Assembly: GCF_009914755.1 (NCBI RefSeq)
Contig: NC_060940.1
From: the human T2T-CHM13v2.0 reference genome, Homo sapiens
DNA: 64,000 nt
Strand: one strand, 5' to 3'
A model generated the notes under the pieces. It was not told the origin of the DNA. It made no database searches and saw nothing but the letters and a program-made list of their open reading frames with translations. The translations under genes and the position numbers were made by a program. Positions 33,451 through 52,613 of the stretch are shown here, piece by piece; position 1 is the first letter of the stretch; each line of letters opens with the position of its first letter.

Positions 33451-33836
33451 GTGCCCCATGGAAATTATATTTGTTTCTCTACAGATAACAAAGATTCTTA
33501 TTTCTCTCTTAAAATTCAAAATAAAGAGCCTTACTGACATCTACCATAAATCCTCTGCTGTAACCAGGTAGAGTATAAATAACTCCATAAAAAGAGAGTA
33601 ATGCTGTCTTGCGTTTGCACAGCACTTTACAGTTTAGAAAGTATTTGCTTGCCATGTCCCTTTCGATCCTCCTGATAGGCTTGCGGGGTAGGAAGGAGAG
33701 GTACTGTCATTTCCATCTTCCTGGTGGGAAACAAACATTTGGAGAAGTTGGGTGACTTGCCCCAAGGTGACACAATAGTGAAGGGTTCAAACCAGGACTT
33801 AGTTAGTTTGGGTGTCAGAATGGGTCAGAGTGGGTT

Positions 33837-34660
33837 TGTCTTAGTTAGTTTGGGCTGTGTATTAGTCTCTTCTTGCATTGTTATAAAGAAATACCTGAGA
33901 CTGGGTAATTTATAAAGAAAAGAGGTTTAATTGGCTCACAGTTTTGCAGGCTGTACAGGAAGCATAGCTGAGGAAGCCTCAGGAAACTTACAATCATGGC
34001 AGAAGGTGAAAGGGAAGCTGGCATGTCCTACATAGCTGGAGTAGGAGGAAGAGAGCAAAGGGGAAAGTGCTACACACTTTTAAACAACCAGATCTTGTGA
34101 GAACTCACTCACTGTCATGAGAACAGCAAGGGGCAAGTCTGTCCCCGTGATCCAATCCCCTTCCCCCAGGCCCCTCCTCCAACACTGGGGATTACGATTC
34201 AACACGAGATTTGGGCGGGGACACAAATCCGAACCATATCAGGCTGCAATAACAAAATAGTATAAACTGGATGGCTTAAGCAACAGAAATCTATTTCTCA
34301 CAGTTTTGGAGGCTGAGAAGTGCCACAATCTGGCTGATGTAGCTCCCAGCGGACCCTCCTCCTGGCTTGCAGAAAGCTGCTTTCTCTCTGCATTCTCACA
34401 TGACGGAGGAAGTGGGGGGTGGGGGGAGCGGAGGTAGAGAGGGAGAGAGAGAGGGAGGGAGGGAAGAGGAGAGACAGAGCAAGAGAGCAAGCCGTCTGGT
34501 GTCTTTTCTTGTAAGGATGCTAATTCCATCACGAAGACCTCATCCTCATGATCTCATCTAAACTAATAGTCTTCCAAAAAAGCCCACCTCCTAATACCAA
34601 CATAATGGAAGTTAAGGCTTCAACATATCAATTTTGAGGGGACACAGTTCAGTCCATTGG
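33837..34660 (-). mobile_element. MLT1A-like LTR with nested MSTA (33858-34241)
   Basis: MSTA TGTATTAGTC...GAACCATATCA with 5-bp TSD GGCTG splitting TGTCTTAGTTAGTTTGGGCTG|CAATAACAAAATAG. Confidence 0.85.
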
Positions 34661-35755
34661 ACTTAGAGTTCACACTTCCTGGACAAGATTTTGGAACGTT
34701 GTAAAGCTTTCTTCAGAAAAACAACTAGTTTATTTTCCCCCAAGCATTTATAGCCCACTTTAGCAGCACTCAACTGCATGCCTCTGATCTATATGCTAAT
34801 TTTGGATCCGCCTTATCTCTTAAGTAATCCAAGAGTTTGTGTGTGTGTGGATGCTCCTTGATTTGAAATCCTTATGTGCTTAGAACTAATGGCGTTGTAA
34901 AACACACTCCACAATGTACCCTTCTCTAATTCAGCCTGATTTTCTCCCATCCCTCCACGTTAGCCGGGCTCCCATGCCCCTGTTTTTGATCACGATTGAT
35001 TGTCCAGCTCCAAAGCATCATCTGAACGACTTATGGTCTTTCTCCCGAGTGTTGGAGCCCAGGGTAGGCAGATGGGAGAGGGTAGGGGATTTGAACCGGA
35101 GAAAGACATTTAAATTTCCTCCTGTTCATCTTAGCTTAGGAAGTTACCTGCTGTCTGAAGGGTGTATCCCTATTTTATTATTTATTTATTTTTACAAAAC
35201 CAAGGGAAACCAGCAACGAAACGCAAGAGGAGCTCCTCTGCCTCTGATTCCAGTAGCTGTGCTCTCAGGTTGGAGCAGCCAACCCAGAAATTGGTGGCCA
35301 GTGGCTAGGGTCAGGATGAGCAGAGTGAACGCGAGTTCTATGTCTGATTATAAAAACTGTACTTGCTCCTTATGGAGAATTTGAAATCTAGGGAAATTAT
35401 AAAAATGTAAAGTGTTATCAGTCCTTTGTCAGCCATTGGGCTGGTTGGTTGGTCAGAAGTCATCACTGTTATAGACCCTCATTGCTTAATGAAAATTAAT
35501 TTGTCAAGCGATTTCCTTGATGATGCTAATATTTATTGAAAGGTTACCCTAGGCTGAGTTCTGGCTAACAGCTATATATATGTATACTTTTATTTTCCAA
35601 GTGAAGAAACAGGCTCAGAGAGGGTAAGAACTTACTCACAGTCACACAGCAACTGAGTGGGGCGGCTAGAATTTGGGTTCAGATAGTCAGACGTTAGAGT
35701 TCAGGTTTTTCATCCCTTCAACATCTACACATTTTTCAAGAAATAACAAGATTCA

Positions 35756-36268
<513 letters not shown>

Positions 36269-36343
36269 TCACTGGAGTGGGTGCCATATTTTGATGCTGC
36301 TGCTGCCAATGATGAGAACATGGGCAACCTCTTTTGCCTGTAA

Positions 36344-36637
<294 letters not shown>

Positions 36638-37286
36638 AAGAGAGACTTTTCTACACTTTGTAATTATGTTATTTTTAAACTGAAAACTATATTTCCTATT
36701 TCTTAGTGTTAGAAAGAAAGAGAAATCCCTGAGAACAATCAGCAGCCTGGAGCATAGTTTGAGACTCCCACTAACAGAGCCAAGAGTCTCAAACTAGGCC
36801 AACAGATACCCTTGGGGAACCCTGCTGTATCCCTGGGACATAAAAAACTACAGTACAAACATCATCATCTTCCTGGAGGATGAATAAACTTTAGTAGAGT
36901 AATAGTAACTTAAAACACATGTGGCACAAAATAGAACGCAGAGTTCACAAATACCTAAGGTAAAATAAGACTTCAAAGAAAATTTCACCCTTGCAGAGGT
37001 TATTTTGGGCTACACTCCACAGAGTATGAATTCATTCTCTTTTCCTCTCAGGGATAGTTTGTTAAGAGTCTGAAAACCACTGCTCTGGGCAAACTGCCCT
37101 CCGGAGTCACACACAAAAAATCAATCTCGTTACTAAAGATAAATTTTATTTCAATAAAAATTGTAATGAGCTTGATCACCTACCCTTTTCACCTGACTTG
37201 GCTACAAATGACTGCCAACTGTTTAAAAAAAAAAATCCAACCGACCCTCAGAGCTAATATGCTATTACTTTTAAAGATTACAGACA

Positions 37287-37603
<317 letters not shown>

Positions 37604-37644
37604 GCCTCTCTTGTGTCCTTGTCCCCAGCCTTCCAGCTCTCCTC

Positions 37645-38135
37645 TGAGGGAACCAGTTTTCAAGATGGCCCGCAACAATCCCTGCCTGCTGCCATTCACA
37701 CCTTGTTTAGTCCCCTCCCACGCTGGAAAGATCCATGTTGGGGCTCGTGTGTGACCAATGCCGCAGAAGTGATGTTATGTCACTTCCGCGATTACGTCAT
37801 GAAAGACTGCAGCTTCCATTGTTGGCTCTTTCTTTCTCTTTCTTGGATCAGTCGCTTTGGAGGAAGCCAGCTGCCATGTTTTGAGGACACTAAGGCACTT
37901 TACGGAGAGGCCCACGTGGTGAGGAATTGAGGTTTCTAAGAGCCAGTAAGGAATAGAGACAACCACACAGTGAGCCTGGAAGCCTAGTCTTCAGCCCCAG
38001 AAACGCTCAGATGACTGCAGTCCTGGCTGACATCTTACCTGCAGCCTCATTGGAGACCCTAAGCCAGAGCACTTAGCTGAGTTGGCTTGTGGGTTCCAAA
38101 TCCAGACAATTAGATGATAAATGCTTGTTGTTTTA
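37645..38135 (+). mobile_element. MLT1F-like LTR
   Basis: CAAGATGGCCC...CCCTGCCTGCTGCCATTCACACC...GGAAGCCAGCTGCCATGT...GGAGAGGCCCACGTGG. Confidence 0.75.
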
Positions 38136-38993
<858 letters not shown>

Positions 38994-39731
38994 TAACATT
39001 TATTGAGTGTTTTTTCCATGTCAGGCATTATATCAAGCACTTTACATGCATATCTCATCAGTAAAACATTTGCATTTTTATTTCTTATCACTAGTAAATC
39101 CTTCTCCTCCCAGAAGCATTTAAAAATCCACAAACCATGGCTAACTTCCTGTGAAATGGCTTAGTGGGCAAAAATTCAGAATAAGGGGAGTGTGAGTCCA
39201 TGTCTCCTTTCCAGAGATGAAGAAGTTTCTCTTTTCTGTGCATGAAGAAGACAATGGGATATGGATGACACTAAACCTTTGAAAGTTCCTGCTAACCTCC
39301 AGGTGGAAGGAAAGGGCCCACGGTGATCAATAAATGTGTTTGCTATTTTTTGGGTGAAAGGAAGAGAGCCTGCACCTCTGTTGGGGTAGGTTATCCACGC
39401 TGTCTGCCTGGGGTCCAGATTCCTGGCATTGATATGACTTCTTGGCTCTCTTGAGCCCTGAATCTGCTTCAAATTCAGAAAGCCCCAAGACTTCTGGGCT
39501 CTATAATTACTCTGGGCTTTGGAGAATGGTTTCTCTTATGAGCAAAACAATGGTGGAAACTTGTACCAATGAAGGAAACACACAAGCGTGTAGAGGAACA
39601 TTGCTGTTTGCTGATGATGCTGGTGGCTGCTTGGGTGAGAGATAAACTCTCCAAAGAGCGTTGGCCCTTTTGTGGCTGCAGGATCTGGGTGAAAGAGATT
39701 CTTGTAGTCTATCCTATCACTAGATACTATC

Positions 39732-40098
39732 TGTCTTAGTCCATTTTGTGCTGCTATAACAGAATACCACAGACCAGGTAATTTACAATGAATAGAAATT
39801 TACTTGGGTCACAGTCCTGGAGGCTGGGAAGTCCGAGGTTGAGAGCTTACATCTGGTGAAGGCCTTCTTGCTGCATCATGGTGTGACCCAAGGCATCACA
39901 TGGGTGAGAGAGAGGGTGAGAGAGAGCACCTACTCCTGTGAAAACCAGCCCGCTCCCATGATAAAGGCATTAATCCATTCAGAAAGATGATGTCCCCATG
40001 ATCCAAACACCTCTTGAAGGCCTCACCTCTCAACACGGTTGCATCAGGGATTAAGTTTCCAGCACTTGAACTTTGGGGAACACATGCAAACCATAGCA
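39732..40098 (-). mobile_element. MST-family LTR
   Basis: TGTCTTAGTCCATTTTGTGCTGCTATAACAGAATACC...CAAACCATAGCA. Confidence 0.82.
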
Positions 40099-40104
40099 AT
40101 ATCT

Positions 40105-40589
40105 GTGCCGGATATTTTGTATTTGCTCCTTTACATCCACTGTCCACCCCCATTTCCTGCTTTGTACCCCAGGAGGCTGACTTCTATGGACTACATCACA
40201 TGTGGTCTCCCATCCTCTTGTGGCTGCTTGGGTTTGGCCAATGGGGTGGGGATCATAGAATACTAGAAGGTGGGAGGAGAGAGGGATTCGGATATTTATT
40301 TCTGTGGCTCCTTCCTGTTGGGTTGCCATAGGTTGGAAGCTCCTGCCAGGCAGCTGTCTTTCCCTGAAGACTGTGGCTACTCTCCTTGGGTTCCATAACT
40401 ATTTCTCCTCCAGGTCTAGGGGTAGAAATGGCTCCTCACTGCTGCTAGTTAGGGCTACTGCAACCTCCCTTTTTGTTTTTGTTTTTTTTAATCCCACTTA
40501 TACAGCTATATATAGCCCTTTGCTAAACTCTTTTTAGTTACCCCATTTGAGTTTACTATGTATTTCCTGCCACAACCTTGATTGATACA
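40105..40589 (+). mobile_element. LTR33-like ERVL LTR
   Basis: CCAGGAGGCTGACTTCTATGGACTACATC...GGGTTTGGCCAATGGG...TTTCCTGCC...TGATTGATACA. Confidence 0.7.
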
Positions 40590-41184
40590 GCAGCCCAGAG
40601 AAGGGAAGCAATTAACTTTCTCACTCCTTTATTCATTCATCCAACCTCCCATCAACACTTACTCTATGCCAGGACTTGTGCTGAGGCTTTTAAGAATGAG
40701 ACATGATTTCTTGTCTATGTCCCTGAGTTCTCAGTTGTTCACCCCAGAAACTGACTCTTACCAAAGAAAGAGAACATGCCGAAGGCATTGCTGAAGGCCC
40801 AGCCTTGGAAAACACCCCATACAAGGTGACTCCAGATAGCTTTATAGCGGCAACTCCTCCAAGGGCATGCGTTAGGGATAGGCTGATCTGGGGACCCCTG
40901 CTCTCCCTGCAGAGAATTCATGGAAACCCAATAGGGCCTGTGTTCTTGCATCATGAGTCAAGGTGCCAAGAGAGATCACCTGATTGGCTGATCCAGAGTC
41001 ACACGGTTGGGGGAGGGTATACAAAGTGGAGGGCTCACCACAGCGGTCAGAGATAAGGCTGCTCCTTGCAGCTCTGTTTTTTGCAATTCCTCTTGGACCC
41101 TCCCCAGTTCGGCCACCACCCTTGAGGCTAGCAAGGGTGAGTTGTGTCAGAAGCATTCCATGCAAGGAAATAACAACTTGGAAT

Positions 41185-41700
41185 CCAAATATATTCATTA
41201 GTAAGTAATGGAAACCTGAAATTGCTTAAACAAGATGGGACATTATTCTCTCACATTAAAAGGAATTTGGGGGTAGGTGAGTCTAGGGTTGGTTTATTCA
41301 GTAGTTCAGTTGTATCATCAAAGACCTGGGCTCTTGCCATCTTTGTGCTCTGACTTACAGAGCAAGGGCTTAATTCCAGTCTTTTCCTCTAATGAGCACA
41401 AAATGGGTGCCACAGTGCCTTACATCACATCCTAACACAATAACGTTCAATGTCCAAAGGTCAGAGGAGAAAATGTGTCTTCCTTGTGTCCATTGTTGAC
41501 AGCAAGGAGGAAATTTCCATCAACTCTCATTGGTCACAATGGGTCACGTGCCTATTCGAAAGCAATCACTAGACAGGGGGTCAGTATTACTATGATTAGT
41601 TTAGGTCAGTCAAGATTCACTCCTTGAGGCTCAGAAGGGCAACTTCTCCTAAAGCATGTGACTGTTCAATACTTTAAAAATTGGGGTTCTCTTAGCAACG
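41185..41700 (-). mobile_element. Old MLT1 (J/K-like) LTR
   Basis: GCTTAAACAAGAT...CATCAAAGACCTGGGCTC...TCTCATTGGTCACAATGGGTCACGTGCC. Confidence 0.6.
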
Positions 41701-42375
41701 GAGAAGAGAGGCTCTTTTTTTGACAAGCAATCGTAGCATCTATCAAAGCATAAGAAAAGCTTGTGAGTGATGAGGTTGGAGACTGAGAAGGTTCCAGAAC
41801 ATGACATTCTGGTGAAGTAGGCAGGACCCAGGAATCTCAAAAGTGACCCAATGTCACAGAGTCTGTTGGTGGCAGAGGAATTGAGGCATCTAGAGGCATC
41901 TAGGCAGAGTGATTGAGGCATCTCACTTTCTACGCAGAAAAGGAGGCATTTGCTCCACAAAAGCCTCCTGCTAATTCCAGGGACCTTTCGCTGTAGAGAC
42001 AACTTTATGGCATCAGTGACAACTTTGGCCTCATTGTCCTGACAGAGCCTAGAATGGTGCTATCTTTGGGCTTCATATCTGTGAGGCACTCAGAAATGTA
42101 TGAAGCATTTCCAAGTCCATGGTCTCATTTGCTCTCCACTTTGCAGTGGGGAAACTGAGGTTCAGACAGGTGAAGAGACCCGATCAAGGTCACATAGCTG
42201 GAGAGCAGGAAACACTGAGCTCAACCCCAGATATTTTAACCAAAGGTTTTAGTTCTCTGCCTTCCTGCCTTCTAGATAACTCCATACAGTCTGCAGGGTA
42301 GATCCTCAATCATGATGTATGAAAAGCGTGAATGAATGCAAAAAAAAAAAAAAAAGGTTTAAAAAAGCTGTGCAA

Positions 42376-42806
42376 GCTGGGCACAGTGGCTCACACCTGT
42401 AATCTCAGCAATTTGGGAGGCCAAGGTGGGAGAATGTCTTGAGGCCAGGAGTTTGAGACTAGCCTGGGCAACATAGTGAGACTCCTTTTCTATAAAAAAT
42501 TTAAAAATTAGCTGGGTATGGTGGTGTGCATCTGTAGTCCCAGCTACTTGGAAGGCCTAGGTGGGAGGATCACTTGAGCCCAGGAGTTCAAGACCAGCCT
42601 GAGCAACCTAGGGAGAGCCCGTCTCTACAAAAACTAATATAAATTAGCAAGGTGTGGAAGTGCATTTCTGTAATCCCATCTACTTGGGAGGCTGAGGTGG
42701 GAGGATTGCTTGGGCACAGGAGGTCGAGGCTGCAGTGAGCTGTGATCACACAACTGCACTTCCAGCCTGGGTGACAGAGTGAGACCCTGTCTCAAAAAAT
42801 AAAAAA
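42376..42806 (+). mobile_element. Trimeric AluJ
   Basis: Three arms; single TSD AAAAAAG(C/T)TGTGCAA. Confidence 0.85.
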
Positions 42807-43896
42807 GTTGTGCAAAGATAAAAACCCAGTTATGACTCCCATTGTGGACCCATAAATAAAGCAAAGTTATCAAATAGAGATGTGTGAGCTGCTGAATGGA
42901 ACAGAACTCACTGGGTTTATGGGGCTGTGTCAGGCACCTCTGACAATGCCAGATATTTACTTTGCAGATGAATGACTTCATTGCTTGCCCCAAATGCATC
43001 ACTGGTGGGTAATATTTATGCAGATTGGAAGCATTCTCCCTCCTTTATATGGTCCTGGGCTGTTTGTAACCATTGGATTTTTTTACCTTTTGACTTGACG
43101 TTGTTCTTCACGGGACCGTGGTATGGGATGCATTTCAATAAACAATACCAAAGGACAGATTTCGGCTTTAAATAAAATTGTGTTCCGTAAAGTGGGAGAC
43201 AAAGGCTTATAACTCACTGTCGGCTGCAGACATTTTGGCAAAAATTATCTTTCAGGCTTTGATCTCCACTGTATCATTTTACTGAGTGGCCCCATGTGCT
43301 CTATCAATCAAACCCACTGAAGATGCAGGAGAATCACATTTAAAATCAAATACAAATTGTAGATTCATCTGCCCAGGAGGAAGAGAAATGTGTCATGAAT
43401 CCTGCCTTCAGTCTTCTATGATTACAACGGAATTAGTTTTTGAAAACTCCAGAGGATGGTTTTCCACTTCCCAACTTTCATATTATTATTATTATTTTTG
43501 AAGGGGGTAACATTAGATGGGTAGAGAGGTAGACTAAAGTGATTCAGCTGTGAGATCGGAGTCTCGCCTTCCATCTAACTGTAGGTTAGGGCCTTTTAAT
43601 ATTCCTCTGACAGAGATTCTTTATGTAGGAAGGGATGTTAAGAAGAAAGATGTTCTCTAACAAGAAAACATTTAGACAAAGAGGATATGACCTCCCTCAC
43701 TCAATCTCGCCTGCTTTCTTGGCATACATGGGAAGAGAGGATGAACTAGAAAGGAAATATTATTTGCTGATCTCCTTTCTTTGTCTGAGGCACATTGCAC
43801 AGGATGTCTCATTTGATATTCACATGCCCATGTGAGGTGAACAATCCACACCATGCTTTACAGAAGGGGAAACTGAGGTCAAGAAACATGCTCATG

Positions 43897-44392
43897 GGCC
43901 GGGCGCGGTGGCTCACACTTGTAATCCCAGCACTTTGGGAGGCTGAGGTGGGCGGATCATGAGGTACAGCATTCGAGACCAGCCTGGCCAACATGGTGAA
44001 ACCCTGTCTCTACTAAAAATACAAACATTAGGCCAGGTGTGGTGGCATGCACCTGTAATCCCAGTTACTCGGGAAGCTGAGACAGGAGAATCGAATGAAC
44101 CCGGAAGGCAGGAGGTTGCAGTGAGCTGAGATTGCACCATTGCACTCCAGCCTGGGCAAAAAGAGCGAAACTCCATCTCAAAAAAAAAAAAAAAAGAAAG
44201 AAAAACAAATATTAGCCGAACATCGTGGCACGTGCCTGTAATCCCAGCTACTCAGGAAGCTGAGGTAGGAGAATCGCTTGACCTCACGAGGTGGAGGTTG
44301 CAGTCAGCCAAGATTGTGCCACTGCACTCCAACCTGGGTGACAGAGCAAGGCTCTGTGTCAACAAAAAAAAAAAAAAAAAAGAAAAAGAGAA
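43897..44392 (+). mobile_element. Alu with two right arms
   Basis: Left arm, right arm plus tail, second right arm plus tail; outer TSD AAGAAACATGCT(C/T)ATGG. Confidence 0.88.
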
Positions 44393-44479
44393 AAGAAACA
44401 TGCTTATGGCTGAAGAGCTGAGCCCAAGTCTATGTGATTCTGAATAACATGCTTTTAATTTAATTAATTAATTAATTTA

Positions 44480-44795
44480 CTTATTTATTTATTTGAGACA
44501 GGGTCTCACTCTGTCTCCCAGGCTGCAGTGCCATTGCACCATCATGGCTTGGCTCACTGCAGCCTTGACCTCCTGGGCTCAAGTGATCCTCCCACCTCAG
44601 CCTCCCAACTACCTGGGACTACAGGCACACACTGCCATGCTCAACTAATTTTTTTTTTTGTTTTTTTGCATTTTTTGAGGAGACGGGGTCTTACTATGTT
44701 GCCTAGGCTGGTCTTGGACTCCTGCATTCAATTGACCCTCCTGCCGCGACCTCCCAAAGTACTGGGATTATAGGCTTTAGCCACTGTGCCCAGCC
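44480..44795 (-). mobile_element. AluJ
   Basis: Reverse Alu. Confidence 0.85.
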
Positions 44796-44900
44796 TAAAA
44801 CTTTTGAGAAAGAATGCTTCTTGTTGATTGTCTCCCCTCTCTATTACCTTAGTGTCTGGCATATAGTAGGTGCTTGAAAGCACTTGTTTAGTGCCTAAGC

Positions 44901-45531
<631 letters not shown>

Positions 45532-45813
45532 GTCTAAATAATTACCTTAATTATCACAGTAGCAGATACTAGCAGATACTAAGAACTAGTGTATCTCCAA
45601 AGTCTAGTTTGGTGCCCGGTACAAACATTCTTTCCCCAAGGTGGAGTCCACTTGACCAGAGTGGAGAGTTACAGTGCTGGGGAAGAGTTGGAAGACATCG
45701 CTGCCTGGGGGTGGGGGAAGGGCAGAGAAATCTCTTGGGGTTTGTTCTGGGGAAACTGGGAATTGTGGGAGAACTGAGGAGGCGGGAAAGGGGACTTTAA
45801 GAATATTATTGTG

Positions 45814-46105
<292 letters not shown>

Positions 46106-46142
46106 GAGTATTATTGCAGGTTAGGAATTGGACCTTTTATTA

Positions 46143-47580
<1,438 letters not shown>

Positions 47581-47800
47581 CCTGCCCTGTAACACTGTTT
47601 GAGCTGATGTGTGGGGAACTGCTTTTGGATTACTTATGGGTTGCTGAAATATACTTCTTTGAATGCAGAGATTGGGCCCCTGATTATATTTGGGAGGCAA
47701 AACCATCACCTTGTAGGCACCTGGCAGGGTAAAATAAATGGATGCTTCTTAGAGGCCAACTGCTCTCTCACTTCCTGTTTCCGTTTTGTTTGCAGCGTAA

Positions 47801-48292
<492 letters not shown>

Positions 48293-48765
48293 TAAAAATG
48301 CTTCAAACTCTCCTTTAGCTCAGTTTCGGTAGAGTCATTCCTTTACAGTATAGTTACAGTGGAGCTGCCAATCAGCTCAGGCCACACCCAGCCCACAGTC
48401 TCAGAGGGGCTGGGTCCCTGCTCTTTCTCTCTCCCTGAAAAGTGGCTGTTAATTTTCTCCTTTAGTCTCCTTTCCCCAGAAAGATATTTCCCTTTACCTT
48501 ATGGGAGTTTGATAAAACTGGCATCTCCAGCCTTCTTTTCCTTATGTTGGTTTTTCTGCCACAAAAGGCCCAGAGACATTGTCTATGGAACGTTTGGCTG
48601 CAGCTGGGCAGGTGTTTTATTCTATTGGAAAATTCCACTAGGATTTTCTATGATTACAATAGAGCATGGGTCCTCAGTCAAACCCTCCACCACTTATAAG
48701 AAGCTCTGTGACTTTGGGGAAGTGACTTAACCTCTCTGAGCCTCACTTTTTCTATTTGGAAAGAG

Positions 48766-49243
48766 TGATGGGTTGGTAGGTTTTATGTGTTAACTCTTAG
48801 GGATACAGGGTGCACAGCTATTTGCCTAAACATCATTTTGGGTGTGTTCGTGAGGGCGTTTTGGGATGACTGTCATTTAAATTGGCAGATTGAGGGAAGC
48901 AGTTGCCCCTCCTAATGTGGGTGGACTTCATCCAATCCACGGAAGACCTGAATAGAGCAAAAGTCGGTCCTTTCCGAAGTAAGAGAGAATTCCTCCTGCC
49001 TGAAGGTTTTTAAACTGCACCATTGGCTTTTTTCTGCCTTTGTACTCAGACTGAAACACTGCTCTTTCCGGGTTTCGAGCCTGCTGGCCTTAGGACTGGA
49101 ACTAACACCATCAGTTCTCTGGGGTCTCCAGTTTGCTGCCTCGCCCTGCAGATGACAGCACTTGTTAGCCTCCATAATTGCGTGAAATCTCTTTCTCTGT
49201 TTAGACATTGGTTCTGTTTCTCTGGAAAACCCCAGTCAATACA
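48766..49243 (+). mobile_element. MLT2B-like LTR inside a MIR
   Basis: TTTTATGTGTTAACT...CCTAATGTGGGTGGACTTCATCCAATCC...GGTTCTGTTTCTCTGGAAAACCC...AATACA. Confidence 0.8.
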
Positions 49244-49694
49244 GGCGGTGATCATATTTTGAGGATTAAATGATACAATGAATAGAATATGCTTAACACA
49301 CAGTGAGTGCTTGGCACATATGATCTCCTCAATACACATCAGCTTTATCATGGAAATTATTATGTATCATTATACAAAATATAATAAGATTTCAAACTTG
49401 TGTTCTCTTACATGTCCTCTAAATTATTCAATGGAACAAAAAACTCTTCACTCATTTTTGTGTGTATGCAAACTTAATGTCTTTCAATAAATTTTCCAAG
49501 TTATTGTATGTTCGCAAGGACATAATTCTGTTTGACTTCCCATCTTTCCAATACTAGTAGTGAGCCTCATTAGCACATGAATGCTGGTGTCTGTGAGATG
49601 TGCTTGCCTTCACTGTCCTGTTTGCCTTGCCCAAGGTGGGCGATGGAAAGGACAAGCCATCTATTATTGGTTGGAGGAAGGACCAACCATCTAC

Positions 49695-50142
49695 TGTGGC
49701 AGTCTGCTCAGGCTGCCATACAAAATACCACATACTACGTGGCTTAAACAGGAGACATTTATTGTTCACTATTCTGGGGGCTGGGAATTCGAAGATCAAG
49801 GTGCTGGGTGATTTGTTTCTCCAGTGAGGGCCCTCTTTGTGGCTTTCAGTTGGAAGCCTTCTTGTTGTATCCTCACAGGGGAGAGAGAGAGCACGCAAGC
49901 ATGAGAGAGTGCAAGAGAGAGAGGGAGAGATCAAGCAAGAGTGAGAGACAGAGAAAGACATCTCTGGTGTCTCTTCTAATATGGACACATCACATCTCCA
50001 GGACCTTAGGCTTATGATCTCATCTAAACATAATCACCAAAGCCGCATCTTCAAATACCCAAATACCGTAACACTGGTAATTAGGGTGTCAGCTTCGACA
50101 TATCAGTTTGGGGGTGGAGGCACAAACGTTCATTTCATAGCA
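49695..50142 (-). mobile_element. MLT1A-like LTR
   Basis: GCTCAGGCTGCCATACAAAATACCACA...GGCTTAAACA...TTCATAGCA. Confidence 0.78.
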
Positions 50143-51529
50143 CTTCCTTTTCCAAAAATGCTCCTTAATCCCTCCCTGCCATCCTTGCTATTCTCATTTG
50201 ACAGATGAGGAAATTAAGACTCCACGATGTGCCTTAGGTTGCCCATAGCTGTACATCTTATAAGTGCGAGCTCCCCAGATAATTGCATTCATCCACAAGA
50301 GCAGAGTTAACCACAGCATCATAGCCATCCAGGGAGCATAATGCCCCGTTAAAAATAACAAAGCGTAGAGACCCAGCCTGAACTGAAGATGTGTCTGTGG
50401 TTGGGGTTCAGGGTTCTTTGATTTCCAGATCTACCACCCAGATATTTGTCAAGTTACATCTACCTCTGGTGCTCATTTCCATATCTCTAAAACAGAAATA
50501 ATAACTGAGAGGATTTTGTGGCGTCATGCAGATGAAGTGGCTCTCAAGAGCCTGACTTAGTAAACGTTGGCTGCGTGTTGGGCATTATTAGCTAAGATGT
50601 ATAAACAGCAGAGGTTTGGTTTGTATGAGTAGATCATATTCCTGCCTGTTGTCACTGAGGGAGAGCAGAGTCCTAAGGGGAGGGGACACAGGTCAGGAGA
50701 ATTCTAGGGGGTGGGGGATGTTTCTGATTTCTCAACAATGGGTAAATCTGGGAATCTCATGAGAGCTTCAGTGGGTAAATCTTGGAATCTCGTGAGCAAA
50801 ATGTGGACGTGAAGAAGGAAGAAAAGCTGCTTGGAGGATTGGTGAAGGAGGAGGGAAAGGGAAAAATAAAAGGAAAAAAACATTTAGGTGGTGCTAAGTG
50901 CCACACATTTTCCGTTTTTGCATCAGTGAATTGTAAAATCACACTGCAAGGCTGGGGATATTATCCCCATTTTACAGATGAGAGAGAGGAGGCTGGGCAA
51001 GTTAATGAACTGGTTCAAAGTATCACAGCTAGAGAGTTGGAGCCAAAGTGAGATCGCACAGCTACGCAGACTCTAAAGCCCTTGTCTGTATATTGAATCA
51101 AATTTCCCCTTTTTCTGGCTTAGGTAAACTGAGGCAGGAAGTGATGAGAAAGGGTTAAGAGACGTCGGCTGCTCCTTAAACATCTCCCTTCCCAGTGTCA
51201 TTTGCCATCCATAAACTCTTTCAAAATGTGATAATGGTTTTGATTTTCCTGTCATCTCGATTTGATATGAGAAATTTGGGATTTCCAAATTGACAGAAAA
51301 CTCGATTTTAAAGATGCTGGAAGGCAAACATCTGTGAAAAATCACAGGAATAATGTCAACATCTGTCCCTGTGAAAGGAAATTGCTGAGGTTCTCAATTT
51401 ACAGCCAATCAATCAATCTTGGAGGCCAGGGTGCTTGCAAATTGAAATGCATGTTGAAGCTATAGGGATGGCTAATTAATTTAGTTTGTATGCCTATAAG
51501 ATTTTTCATTGTTTCCAGTTAAAAAAAAA

Positions 51530-52285
<756 letters not shown>

Positions 52286-52475
52286 TGAGAGCTTAATGAC
52301 TGTTCACAGATATTGTGGCTGCCCTTCTCTAATGTACCTGCTTCTTCAGGCCCAAAAGGTGGAAATGATGTTTGTTTCTTACTTCTTTGGGGCTTTGACT
52401 GTGCCATTGAGATTTTGTGCTCAGGGATAAACTACCGTGTATTTACAGTTACCTCAACCTGTGAGGTTTGATGCC

Positions 52476-52476
<1 letters not shown>

Positions 52477-52551
<75 letters not shown>

Positions 52552-52563
52552 TTTCTTTCTGTC

Positions 52564-52613
<50 letters not shown>

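Noticed and set aside
34914-35384. 156-aa ATG ORF in unique DNA
   Set aside because: No recognisable homology or splice/polyA context; length compatible with chance.
39326-39360. AATAAA with downstream GT/T-rich tract as transcript end
   Set aside because: The T-rich tract follows too closely and no upstream exon structure is supported; such hexamers are common.
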